Source of the DNA: Aegotheles albertisi
Lineage: Eukaryota
Assembly (NCBI GenBank): GCA_039906565.1
Contig: CM078459.1
Coordinates: forward strand, 18,787,066 to 18,851,065
Reading direction: 5' to 3'
DNA length: 64,000 bases
Position numbers and translations under genes: made by a program
Notes under the pieces: model-generated
What the model was told of the DNA's origin: nothing
Database searches by the model: none
The model's input: the letters and a program-made list of their open reading frames with translations, nothing else
Part shown: in pieces, positions 38,175-50,040 of the stretch
How the letters are laid out: the number at the start of each line of letters is the position of its first letter
How positions within the stretch are numbered: the stretch's first letter is position 1

Positions 38175-39293
38175 GTAAATCTATAAAACAGTTAAACATT
38201 TGGTAGAAGGAGAGGTGCTTGTCTATTAAGCCTTCTTTTATTTTAAATATAAATTGTTACTAATTGAGAAAGAGAAGTATTTAGTTTGACTATTGCAACG
38301 ATGCCATATTTTCAACAGGAACACGTGCTACAGGAAGGGACATGAGAGCTGTAGAGAACCCTCAGTCCTCTGATAAGAGAGGGAATTTGTCACTGTAGTT
38401 GCCCTACCTTCTCATTCAGATTGGTCACTGAATGCGTAAAAGAAAATGAGGAAGCCATGACTTGTTTTATTTTTTCTATTCTTTTTGGGAGAGCTGCTGT
38501 ACTTTTCTTGTTAAGTGCAATAACACCAACTTAGAAAAGGTTTAAGAAATGTCAAGCTATATAAATAATTGTCCCTGAATGGAAAAACATGGCTTTACTT
38601 TGTCATAGGTCACAGTCCATCTGTAACATTGTCCTTGCTATAGTGGTGATGCCTGTAGCAATTGTATTCTGTAACTTCTGACTTTCGATGGATCTAGAAG
38701 TTTCAGGCAATCTAGGACCCCATGTGCAGTGTTTTTCAGTTTCCATGTATAGTTATGTGTCTACAGCACAATCCTATGTCTGAATCTGGTCCCTCCTGGA
38801 ACAGTGACAGTAAAGAAGGTGCTGCAGTAAGGCTAGTATCTGGCATACTTTTTCCTGGGGGAATGGATGAAAGCATAGATTTCCTCTCTTGCTGTACAGG
38901 CTGTCATCTGAGTGATGTATGCAGAACTATCCAGAGCATGGAGATGTGCAGAACTATTCACATGTCTCGGAGGTCACACGCAGGAGATGGTGCTCAGTGT
39001 AGCAGGCTATATTCCCCAGCCTGATGAATAGAAACTTTACTCTCAAATATCAACTTTCACTTAAAAGAAATATCATTATTCCAGAAGCCAGAACAATAAT
39101 GACTGAGTGATTCTCCTTATTACCTCCAAACACTAGACTAATTTTTATCAGTGATAGTATGTGGCTTGTTTTAATTGTTAAAAAAAGAAATTAGTTCCAT
39201 TCATATGCAAAATATTATTTTCTACTGAGAGATTAGTTTTCCTTTGAAAGTCTACTAGCAAACAGATCTAATTTGTTTTGCTTCTTTACACAG

Positions 39294-39464
39294 ATACAGA
39301 GCCAGGTATCTAGAATATTTTCTCCAGAATGCAGATCAGTTTCTATTAAATGGCAACAATTTGATACAGGTGCACCAGAGCCAATGCAGGCTCCTGCTCA
39401 AATACAGTCGCTATTTAACGATGAGAGGCTTCTTGTCTATGGATTCATCCCTCACTGTACTCAG
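39294..39464 (+). CDS. PARP4: PARP4 exon IQSQVSRIFSPECRSVSIKWQQFDTGAPEPMQAPAQIQSLFNDERLLVYGFIPHCTQ
   Basis: Matches human IEDQMTRLCSPSCHSVSVKWQQLNPDAPEALQAPAQVPSLFRNDRLLVYGFIPHCTQ. Donor GTAAAG. Confidence 0.92.
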
Positions 39465-39869
39465 GTAAAGTCTGGAATACACATGAACTACTGGATAGAA
39501 ATTCATATGTAAAACAATCACAAAGGATGTATATTATTTTGTATTCTATATCCTCTATGCAGCATGCATATAGCTTCTTTTTCATTGCTAAATATCATGA
39601 AGTTACTATTTAATTGTCATTATTAGTCTTGCCTCTAAGAAACAGAGAGAAAAAGTTACCTAATTTAATGTTCCTATCATTGTGCTTTGATAAATACAAG
39701 GTCCATTTACTTGTGACTGTCCCCTTGTTATAAGGGGAAGTATGTATAAACCCAGGCATTCAAAGACTTACAGATCTGAGTTATATTTGGGAGACAGAAC
39801 AGCATGCATGTGTGCTGGTAACATAGCATGACATAAAGAAACAGTATTTTTTTCTTTTTTTCCTTTTAG

Positions 39870-39950
39870 GCCACCTTAAGAGCACTAATAAATGGCCAAG
39901 AACTACAGACTGTGGTGTCAACCACTGAACTACAGAAGACAACAGGAACA
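39870..39950 (+). CDS. PARP4: PARP4 exon ATLRALINGQELQTVVSTTELQKTTGT
   Basis: Matches human ATLCALIQEKEFCTMVSTTELQKTTGT. Donor GTGAGT. Confidence 0.9.
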
Positions 39951-41823
39951 GTGAGTTTGGCCAACATTCTTTGTATGTGCTATAGAGAGACAAGCTACGT
40001 GCCGCTTCATGCTCTTTTGAAGGAACTGAAACCCCTGTTTTCAGCAGCTCTTGCACTTTTATTTTTGCTTCTGATGTTTTAACATAGACCTTCAGTTTTC
40101 AGACTTTTAAATGGAAACTGACTTACATGGAAGTGTCACCTTTCTCTGTGCTTTCTAACAGAAAACTTAAGCTTCTCTAGAATAGAATAAGCTGCTGCTT
40201 ATACTGGCAGCCTGTTTGGGTTCTGACTTTATCCTTGGGTTGTCCGTGCTTCAGGCAACCACTGTGAAGAAGTTGCTGCAGCATTCTCTTTCATGTTGTA
40301 AATTGTTCACGTGTGGAACATCTCATTGCTAGTAAGTAATCTCTAGAAATGTATGGAAAAAGACAGTAAAGTGTTACTAGCCTTTCCTCTGCTTCGCTAA
40401 CAATGAAGTGAGGAGTCTATGCAGAGGAAAACACAGCACCCATCTTGAAAAGGAAAACAAGCAAAAAAGAACCATTTATTAAATCTAACAGATGTCTACT
40501 CTTGAAAAATCAAAAGAATAGTCAACTTGCAATAATAATTCTGATATGATCATCACCCCTTCCCCACTAAGGGAAGCTCGTTTGTTCAGAAATAGAATTT
40601 TTTTTTCCTTATTTAGTATAATCTACTTTGAAAGCTACTATCGTGGGCTGGTTTCCATGCACATGTTGGTTGTGTTGGCTTCTATAAGGTCAGTTAGTTT
40701 CCAGGGACATGCCCTTCTACAGGCAAAAAAACCTGGCAAGCAGAAGCAATGTATTTGCTTGCCATAATAAATTTTTACTTTTTTTAATAGAAATAGCTGT
40801 AGTACAAATTCCAGGTGCAGTTAATAAAGTTTTTAAAGGTGTAAACTGGAATGACAAAATGATAAAAAACATGGTCAAAATTAGAAACAAATTGATGCTT
40901 TAGATGAACTCTGAGAATTCCTGCCTGTTTCTTTTCCAAATTTACCCTAGCTCAAAAAATAACTATTTGCTTAAGAGGTTTTCTTCAGAAGTGGCTCTTT
41001 TTGGTATCTATCATATTCTTTCAAAAATGAGACAGTGGGAATATTTTGGCAATTGTAACACAATTACAGCTGGAATATACAGCTGGACTTCACCACACTT
41101 CCCCCACAAAGTTCCCTCTCTTTGTTAGCTTTAACATATTGAAGACACCAAAATTGTCTTCTTTTCTATGAAAGAGTGGTTTAGTTAAAAAAAAAAAAAG
41201 TAATTTCTGGTTAGTACATTTCTGTATGTCCCTTTTCTGTGTACAACCCCCCAAAAAATTACTTGATCATGGTAGACCTAATGAGTTTTTTAAAGTTGAA
41301 CACTCTAGACTGACTTTACTTTCCCGCCAGATTCTGTATTTTTATGGATAGGATTAATTTACCTAACTTCACCTATATAGATATTGTTGTTTAAATCTGA
41401 CATAGTTGTCCAGGCTCTGTTTACAGTCACTGAAGAAAAATGTGTACATCCAGAAGGGGCGTTCTTCCTACCTGTTTTAGTTAGCTGTTTCAAGTTGGAT
41501 TAATCACCTGGTGGAATTTTTCTGTTTGTTTGCATGCTTGCTTTTTTTTCCTCACCCTTGATTCTATAGAGAGAATGAGCACAACAAGTAAACCTGGGTA
41601 TTTTTTCGTTTGCTGAAATTAAGTAAAATAAAAATTTACCTTAGGTGCAGGTTGTCATTGCTTTTCAAATAGAAAATTAGCTTGACCCTTCCTTAGAGAA
41701 TGGGATTCTGTGTAAATATGGAAGCTAATTGCTTGAATCTGGACCTCAAAAATGAAAGGAAGAAGAAGAAATTTTTTTTAAAAAAAGTTACTACTCTTCT
41801 CATCAGTTTTGGTTTTTTTGTAG

Positions 41824-41904
41824 GTGCTGCATAAACTTGCAGCGAGAGCTTTCATTAATGACTATGAAGATGGGATTCTTCATGAGAGTGAAACAGAACA
41901 TGAG
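41824..41904 (+). CDS. PARP4: PARP4 exon VLHKLAARAFINDYEDGILHESETEHE
   Basis: Matches human MIHKLAARALIRDYEDGILHENETSHE. Donor GTTTGA. Confidence 0.9.
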
Positions 41905-42702
41905 GTTTGATAATCTGAAATAAAAACTATATATATATTTAAAATGCTAAATAGCAAACATTTCAGTGAAATAGAGAAAATTTTCTTGCTTTGTTAAACA
42001 TAACTAGGAGGCTGCAGTCCTAATATAATTTCAATGTTAAAGTTACCATATAATAATATCCTCCCAGATAACATCTTGAAAAGTTTTGGGACAGTCTTTT
42101 CTTCTTCTCCATTATAAGAATGTCCTCTATTAGCATAATGTGTGCATTTTTTTCCTAATCTATAACCTGTCATTGTAGGCCATTGGTGATTCTTCTTTTC
42201 CTATAACATGTAACAGTCTAGTCTTGTGAAGATCAATACATATTAGTCCAGTGAAAGTTCATAGCTTTTGTATAGAATATGATGGAAGATAATGACCTGT
42301 GTTTTACAGATAGACAGACTGAATGATCTGGTAATCTGTTAAAAAATTAATTTGAGCTAGTTAAAAACTTCCAATATTGCCATCTTGGCTTATTTGAGAA
42401 TTTAGATGAATTCTTCATATAAAATACAGCTGCTTCTTACATTAGAAGAAAGATAGAAACAAAAGAAGTGTAACTAGAGGAAAAGCATGTTCCTGACCAA
42501 ATCTGAGTGAGGGAGTAGAGAAAGGCAGAAGGGAGCAGACAGTTAGGCAGGCCAGCATATTAATACGAGCTCTTCCTTTTACATGTCCCTATTTAGAGTC
42601 TATAAGTGTGTTTATAGGTACGTGTTCAGTTTTGACATCAACATTTCTTCTAGCTGATTGTATTTTTTCTACCTGTTCTATTTGTTAATACTTAACATCT
42701 AG

Positions 42703-42798
42703 ATGAAGAAACAAACCTTGAAAAACATGATTATTCGCCTCAGCTTGGAGAACTCAATTATAAGCCAGTTTACAAGCTTCATTGCAGTTGAGAAAAGG
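42703..42798 (+). CDS. PARP4: PARP4 exon MKKQTLKNMIIRLSLENSIISQFTSFIAVEKR
   Basis: Matches human MKKQTLKSLIIKLSKENSLITQFTSFVAVEKR. Donor GTATGT. Confidence 0.92.
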
Positions 42799-43789
42799 GT
42801 ATGTTTTCTATATATCTTGTTCCTACTAGCTTCTCTGTCAAAAGTTTCTAAATTCTGTAACCTTGTACATATCAAAACCAGTTTCCATTTTGCTGAACAA
42901 TGATTATTCTTTTACAACAGAGCTAAAATTATTATTTTTTACATTATTTTGGTTTCTTTTGCAGTATAGCAACTTACTTTCTTTTCTCTCTCTTATATTG
43001 TTTTTCCTTACTTTACAATCAAAGTTTGTCAATCTGTGTGTTCCTGTTGTGATTTGCTACAAGGGTTTGTAATTCCTGATAGTGCTGTGGGAGCCAGGCA
43101 GGTCAAAGGACAAGGCCAGATGAGAAGTACCCTTGAATCCTTGATGCATAAGCCATGGAACCCTTTCTCATGAAAAGTAAGGATGCCCAACTACAGCAAA
43201 CTGGCCACTCTAGCCATGGATTGCTGAAGTGATGGATTTTGTATTGGCAAAAGCCATTCCAGGGGAGTCTGTATCAGGTGGAAGTTGCAAGGAAAGCAAA
43301 ACTTGAAAAATCTCTTTTTAATGTTGCAGTACACTATGGACTTTTTAATTGATTTCAGTATTACAACAGTGGTAGAAGAAACAAAAGCCTTATAGCAAAT
43401 GGAAAGAAATACATGTGCATGATAACCTTGACATTCAAGGATCAGCAAAAAGAGTTTTCAAATGGAAAGCTGTATTGTGATAAGCAAGATGATCTCAGTT
43501 GGTTTAAGTATTAGGTGGGGCACAGAGAATGGGAATTAATCTGACCAAATATACATGTGTACATTTAGCAGTAAGTCAGTCACATTTGCCTTCCTCTCGT
43601 GGTCAGTGGAAATAAATAGATATTTCTAGAGCTTGATTCATCTCATCCTGGAGTTAAATAACTAAATCAGTTCAGATTAATTTTCTCAAGAGGCCTTTTC
43701 TCAGCACTGATTATAGGTGTTACCTGTAGTCACTGTTTCAGATTCAAGAATCACCTCCTTCGAGTTCAAGAGCTGTCTATCCCAATGAA

Positions 43790-45065
43790 AGTCGGGCAAA
43801 AATGCCAGGAGGCCTGGCATGAACATGGACAAACAAGGAACTTCTGGAAAAACTCAGACATAAAAAGGAAGTAAACTGACAGTGGAAGCAGGGACGAGTA
43901 ACTTGGAAGGAGTATAGCGACGCTAGCTGAGCATGCAGAGACATCGCTAGGAAAGCCAAAGTCCACATGGAGTTGAATCTGGCAAGGGATGCCAAAGACA
44001 ACACAGTGGGCTTCTCTTAAGTGTCTAAAGTGGCAAAAGGAAGACTAGGGAAAATGTAGACCTGCTGCTGAATGGGGCAGGGGAACTGGTGACGCAGGAC
44101 ATGGAAAAGGCTGAGGTACTGAACACCTTTATTGCTTCAGTCTTTGCTAGCAAGACCAACCTTTGAAAATTCAAGGCCCCAGAGAGCAAGGGGGAAGTTT
44201 AGAGGAAGATGTACTCTTGGTGGAAGAGGAACGGGTCAGGGAATCCTTAAGCAAACTGTGGACATACATAAGTCCATGTGCCTTAGTGGGATGCACCCAC
44301 AAGTGCTGAGGGAGCTGGCTGATGCTGTTGTGAGACAACTCTCAAAAATCTTTGAATGATCATGGCAATTGGGAGAATTGCCTGAAGACTGGAGGAAAGG
44401 AAGTGTCACTCCTATGTTCAGGAAAGGCAAGAAGGAGGACCCACAGAACTACAGGCCAGTCAGCCTCACCATGATCCCTGGGGAGGTGGTGGAGCAGCTA
44501 ATCCTGGAAACCATTTCCAGGCACATGAAGGAAACCATTTCCAGGCACATGAAGTCATGAGAAGTAGCCAACATGGATTCACCATGGGGAAGTCATACTG
44601 GACCAACCTGATAAACTTTGAAGATGAAATTAGTGATGTGGTAGATGCAGTGGATATTGCAGGGGAGAGCAGTGGATATTGTCTGCCTGGACTTCCGTAA
44701 GCCTTCTGACACTGTTTCCTATATGATGCTTATACAGAAGCTGATAAAATATGGGCTGGATAAGCAGACAGTGAGGTGGATTGAAAACTGGCTGCATTCA
44801 GCCAGGCCCAGGGGGTGGTGATCAGTGGCAGGAAGTCTAGTTGAACACCCGTGATTACTGATGTACCCCAGGGGCCAATAGTGGGGCCTGTCCTGTTAAA
44901 AATCTTCATTAGTGTTCTGGATGATGTGACAAAGTTGTACCCTCAGCAAGTTTGCTAATGACACAAAACTGGGAAGAGTGGGTGATAGACCAGAGGGTCA
45001 TGCTGCCATCAAGAAGTGCCTCAGTAGGCTGGAGAAATGGGCTGACAAGAACCTCATGACATTAA
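43790..45065 (+). mobile_element. CR1 LINE internal fragment (about 1.3 kb, ORF2 endonuclease/reverse-transcriptase region, frameshifted) in PARP4 intron
   Basis: ORFs 44132..44359 and 44369..44560 encode ...GMHPQVLRELADAVVRQLSKIFE and ELPEDWRKGSVTPMFRKGKKEDPQNYRPVSLTMIPGEVVEQLILE. Downstream frames read FTMGKSYWTNLINF...DFRKPSDTVSYMMLIQKLIKYGLDKQTVRWIENWL (RT motifs). Several frameshifts. An internal 24-bp duplication lies at 44505-44552. Confidence 0.85.
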
Positions 45066-46267
45066 AAAAGAACTTTTACAGCTTTTTACAGTGTCCAAAA
45101 AGTTATTTTGTATGGTATATTAATATAAATAAGAGTAGGCCTGAATGAAGAATTCGGTGGAGATGCTGAGTAAAACAAGGATACCTTTTCCTATTTTTAC
45201 TGTTTCTTGATGTCTACTTTATTATGAAAAGCAATACCAATAGCGTATGTACATTATAAAAAATAGATTTTTCTGGAAATATTGCTTTCATGAGTAATAA
45301 CTCTCAACATTTGTAATTAAAGATCAAAAGACAGACATGCATTCCTAAAAACATCTGATTAAAAAGCAATTATAAAATGCAATGATGTGAAGTTATTCAA
45401 AATTCCCAGGTCAAGGACTACTTTTTAAACCAAGATCACTCAACTGAGTCAATTTAAATATCTTTCTGTAATGCACCTCAGTATTCCATCTGGTACAAAA
45501 CAGAAGCAATATTCGGGGAAAAAATATGTTGCAGAGTAGCAAAGAAACACCTGTGTGATTTCATGAACTGGTTGTTTACAAAGGGTGTCAACAGATCATT
45601 GTCTCTCCTGATTTTTATGTGTCTGGTTTTGCAGTTCTTCAAAAGATTTGGTTTCCCCTTGTCAGTATGATGCCTCTCAGGAATCAGACTTCTAGAATGT
45701 TATGTTTTAATTATGTCTGTAAATATAATAGCTTTCATCTCATTTCTAGTCTAGGATGACTTTTTTTGGCCCAGTGGAACAGAAAATTGCAGACATTTTA
45801 AGGCAAAATCACCTACATAACACAACGCAGTACCATGCAATATACCCAAAGTATCCCATCCAGCTTGGCACTGTTATCATACTATGCAATTTGTCTTCCT
45901 AACATGATTCTGCAGAATGCAATGTGTTTTAGCACATCTATAATGCTGCTTATGTTTGACAAAAAGACCTGCCTAAGATTTGGAATTGATTTAAATTATG
46001 TGGATTTGAACAAATTATACATACAAATACATACTGTCCACCTTTAAATTTCATGTGAATCTAGTTAATGACAATACGTTGTCTCTCAAAATAGTAAAAA
46101 ATGTGAAGTTACATTTACTGGGTTTTGTATATACTTAGTATTTTTAATGTGCTGCATTATCTGCTTATTCCCCGTTTTCAACACATTTCAAACTCACAAA
46201 AAAAATGCACCGTCTCTATAATGCCAGAGAATTTTCCGGTTTGTAACTGTGATGTATTTTAATTTAG

Positions 46268-46414
46268 GATGCTAATGAAACTCCTTCTGCTGATGCTCCA
46301 AACATCTTGGAAATTATAGCTCAAGAAGATGTAGATTTTTTACCTTATATGGACTGGGATGGAAAGTCAACAGAATTTGGCTGTTTCTTTTCAGAAGAAA
46401 TTGCCTTTGCCCCG
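46268..46414 (+). CDS. PARP4: PARP4 exon DANETPSADAPNILEIIAQEDVDFLPYMDWDGKSTEFGCFFSEEIAFAP
   Basis: Matches human DENESPFPDIPKVSELIAKEDVDFLPYMSWQGEPQEA. Acceptor ttaatttag. Donor GTAACT. Confidence 0.85.
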
Positions 46415-47472
46415 GTAACTACATTTAATATATGTTCTTATTGCTAACATTTTTGGTATATTATCCCGTTGTGGTGCTGTATTGTATATGTAAACATGTA
46501 GCAATCATTCATGAAATCTGTTCAATTTTAAATTATTTTTAATATAATTAATCCCACACAAGTACTGTGTGGAATTCTACTATAAACACAAAAATTTCGA
46601 GGAACCTGTCCCAAAAATAAAGTACACTTAAAAATATCGTGAGTGCAGCAGAAGTTTTGAGAGACAATGTGATAATACAGACTTCTTTTCCCTCCCAGAA
46701 GAAACTAACACCTGTTAGAGCATTCTCTCATAAGAATATGCTAGTGTAGTAGGAGCCTTAAATTCTACTCCTAAGAAACTCAGGGGGAGAGGAGGGGAGT
46801 TTCAAGGAAAATCAAGGTATTTATCCGTAAAAAAGCAGAGAGGTACAGCCAAAGCAGCGAGACTACAGGGAATGAAGATAAGCATGACTGTAAGAAGAGG
46901 ACATATTGCTAGTATGCAATGGGACAATCTCTGGGATGATGAGGGAGCAATGAGAAAAACTTGAACTAGTAGAATTGGATGTTTGCTAGTTATGGTAGCT
47001 CTCTCTTGGCCTTGGAAACTACAAGAGATGCTTGCATCAGTTAGCCAGCAAGTATAATTCTGTCAGTCTGTAAAGTCTTAACAGATTAAAGCTTTACATC
47101 TCAAAATTGTGTAGGTGACTCAAGAAAATAATTTAATAGACAAATAATGATGTTGTGCATGACCATGATGTGCATTTAATACCACTCAGGAGCATCATCT
47201 CAGCCTGTAGTCTGTAATGTATTAAGATTGTGAGTTATTTAGAATGATAACTGGATGTGTGTTCTGTATCTAAGGTCAACTCATACAAAGCCATTTTCCT
47301 GATCCTTTGGCCCAAGAATTCCTAGGCAGAAGAGTACCAAACATATACATTAGCATGTGGTGATGGTATAGCCCAGGCTCACTAGCTTGAATGCAGCAGC
47401 TACTGGACCTCAGCTGGTACATGTGCCAGAATTGCAGCAGAAGCAGGATCCATACCTCACTTTGTGTAGATC

Positions 47473-47554
47473 TACAGGGTGTTTCAAAAAGATGGACCCA
47501 ATTTCAATGACAGGATGCTTTGAAATTGGGTCCATCTTTTTGAAACACCCTGTA
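47473..47554. mobile_element. Perfect palindrome (35-bp arms, 12-nt loop) flanked by TA/TA. Putative Tc1/mariner-type MITE (Galluhop-like).
   Basis: TA|CAGGGTGTTTCAAAAAGATGGACCCAATTTCAA-tgacaggatgct-TTGAAATTGGGTCCATCTTTTTGAAACACCCTG|TA. The arms are exact reverse complements. The TA flanks are consistent with a Tc1/mariner target-site duplication. Explains the mirrored ORFs 47387..47596(+) and 47410..47667(-). Confidence 0.5.
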
Positions 47555-47595
47555 TCTTCTCTGTATGTACCACTATTGTACAGCAGAACTTTATA

Positions 47596-47765
47596 GAATA
47601 TGCTGAGTTGGAAGGAACCCTCCAGGATCATTGAGTCCAACTCCTGTCCCTCTGCAGGACACCCCAAGAGTCACACCATGTGCCTGAGAGCATCATCCAA
47701 ACGCTTCTTGAACTCGGGCAGGCTTGGTGCTGTGACCACTGCCCTGGGGAGCCAAATTCCTTGGC
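47596..47765 (-). mobile_element. CR1 LINE 3' end fragment (minus orientation)
   Basis: tatagaatatgctgagttggaaggaaccctccaggatcattgagtccaa...gggcaggcttggtgctgtgaccactgccctgggg is the reverse complement of the CR1 3' terminus. Confidence 0.8.
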
Positions 47766-47839
47766 TTATAATCATTGTTATATTTATTAATCATTTGTAT
47801 CTTAATTATGTAAAATACGTCTCTGCTCATATTTTGTTA

Positions 47840-50040
47840 CAGTCAAACTTTTCTCTGAATTTGCCTGTGTAAGGTAGAACAGGGTAAGAAATTTCTACTT
47901 TAACTGACATATTACTTTAATTTTGAACATACGAGTGACAATATAATGATACTGCACACACTATAAGAAGAAATACTGTTTTGATTGAAAAGAGAAAAGT
48001 ATCTTACTAACTCTGGAATTACTTTGTTTACCTGTAATTTTACTGGACAGGCATGTTTCCAAGAAGTTAATTCAGCTTCTTTACTAAGTGAGGAAGTTGA
48101 ACCTGAAAGACTCCTATTTCAACCAGAAGTTGTTCCTGTTGGTGAAAAGAGCATCTCACCAAAAAACATTCTGCAGGGCTCTGGAAATGTTTCTGAACTT
48201 GGAAGTAGTACTTGCGGTTTCAAATCAAATTTCAGTTTTGATGGAAGTATCACAACAGAGAAATCATCTGGATCAAGGTCACCTTTACCATGTGCCCTTA
48301 ATCTACTGAAAGTCGCTGAACCCGTCTTGTCATTTGGTTTTGGAGAAATTCATCAGACTCTACAAGATTCACTTCAGACTCCTGGATTTAGAAGAACAGG
48401 TGTTTGTGGGGGTGTTCCTAAACCTGCTCCTCCTCCTCCTCCTGCCTCTTCTTTTCAAAAATCGGTGGGAGACATGAAACCAGCTTTTTATTCTTGTGTT
48501 CCTCCAATGGGTTCAGCATTGTTTGGTTCACCTATTCCCATATGCGCAAATTCTGGAGAGACTAATGTTGGAAAACAAGTTGTTGTTCTTTGTGCTAATA
48601 AAAAAGAAGCACCGCTACGGACAAAGTGTAAGAAAAAGGCAGTACGTAAGCATGATGATACGGCTCCTGAAGAAGGATCTACTGAGGAGTTTAAAGCTGT
48701 GGTGAGTCTTCCATCATTATATATATTTTATATATTTTTTATATATCTTTTATATATAGGATGCTGCACATCATGTTGAAATCCAACCTGAATTCAGCTA
48801 ATGAAAGCTTCCTTAAGCGTTTGCATTTCAATGTTCATGGATGTACAGCCAAAAAAAGAACATGGGAAGGCTGGTGATGAGGCCGCTTTCCAACTCAAGA
48901 AATTACTTCGTATCATCTAGTAATAGCTATATGGGTCAATCTTGCTGTTTTATGCCAACATGAAGGATTCAACAAAGTCTTCCAGTCAGTTCAGTAAATA
49001 CAAATGAAATTCCTGAGCTCCAAAATCAGTACCCATCTTCTATTCATGCATTGCCTAAAAAATGAGTAGAAGGAAAAAATATCTTTGGAGATAAACATTG
49101 TGTAAATTATTTTGTTTTCTTTGCTTTCAAACTGATTTTATAAAGAGAATGATGACATCAAAGTCATGCTATTTTTTGTTCCTTTCATGGGCAATCCATC
49201 ATGCTTAAGAAACAGTATAAAATCAGAGCCAACAAGTGGTGATAACATCTCAAGAGTCAAATTTTACTCTGTATTTGCCCAGTATAAGGTAAAATAGGGT
49301 AAGAAATGTTGGTTTCGAACAATACGTTTTTACTTTCATTTTGAACATACAAATGACAGTATAATGGTAATGTGCATAATACAAGAACACATACAGTTTT
49401 GATTTTCACATACAGTTTTTGATCTTTTTGAATCAAAGAGAAAAAATGTCTCCCTGACTCTGGAATTATTTCATCCCTTGTAGTTTTGCTGAACAGGAAC
49501 TTCCTCCAGCTGTAACTCATGCTTGTGCAAATGCTTTCCTAAGCGAGAGAGAATGAACCTTTTCATCCAGAAAAAGAGGTTTCTTTTTAAAAAGAGGAGT
49601 GTTTTTTAAAAACGTTTAAATGCAATTACTTTGTATTAGGATGTAGTAGCTGCATGGGTAATGGTGATAAGATTCTTAGTTAACATTATCCTCTCCAGGG
49701 TCAACCAGGGTGCCTTAGAACAACAGCTAAAAAAAGGAATCAACAGAGAATTGAGTTGCCTTCTGTAAACTGGAAAGAAATTTTTGCACTCCAAAATCAG
49801 GTACAGTACCCATAGTCTATTTTGTGCACTACTTAAAAATACAATATAGGTAGAAGGAAAAAAATTTTTTTTACTTTAATCCTGTCCTGAGAAAAAGTAA
49901 AATACATTTATAAAAATGTTTATAAACAGATTTTACAAGTGTATGATGACATCAGTCATTCTGTGTTTTATTGTTTTCACGGGCAATTCAGCAATGGATA
50001 AGTAAGGAACAGTATAAAATCAGGGCAAACCGGTACTAGT
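47840..50040. repeat. Diverged tandem duplication. Copy 1 (about 47840-49245) contains the 651-nt PARP4 exon. Copy 2 (about 49246-50040) is the same unit lacking the exon.
   Basis: Pre-exon blocks match (aggtagaacagggtaagaaatttctactttaactgacat...ttgaacatacgagtgacaatataatgatactgcacaca vs aggtaaaatagggtaagaaatgttggtttcgaacaat...ttgaacatacaaatgacagtataatggtaatgtgcata). Post-exon blocks match (ctccaaaatcagtacccatcttctattcatgcattgcctaaaaaatgagtagaaggaaaaaat vs ctccaaaatcaggtacagtacccatagtctattttgtgcactacttaaaaatacaatataggtagaaggaaaaaaat). Unit ends match (catgggcaatccatcatgcttaagaaacagtataaaatcagagccaac vs cacgggcaattcagcaatggataagtaaggaacagtataaaatcagggcaaac). Confidence 0.7.
48051..48701 (+). 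CDS. PARP4: PARP4 large exon (217 codons) encoding the poorly conserved Ser/Pro-rich region (ACFQEVNSASLLSEEVEPERLLFQPEVVPVGEKSISPKNILQGSGNVSELGSSTCGFKSNFSFDGSITTEKSSGSRSPLPCALNLLKVAEPVLSFGFGEIHQTLQDSLQTPGFRRTGVCGGVPKPAPPPPPASSFQKSVGDMKPAFYSCVPPMGSALFGSPIPICANSGETNVGKQVVVLCANKKEAPLRTKCKKKAVRKHDDTAPEEGSTEEFKAV)
   Basis: Open 651-nt frame bounded by acceptor ttttactggacag and donor GTG|GTGAGT. Phase 0/0 fits the neighbouring exons. Position and Pro-rich composition correspond to the human PARP4 low-complexity region. Residue-level homology is weak. Confidence 0.7.

Noticed and set aside
47387-47667. Mirror-image ORFs 47387..47596(+) and 47410..47667(-) sharing the peptide CFKKMDPIS...IGSIFLKHPV
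   Set aside because: They are generated by the perfect palindrome at 47473-47554. The symmetry of the translations is a by-product of DNA symmetry, not a coding gene.
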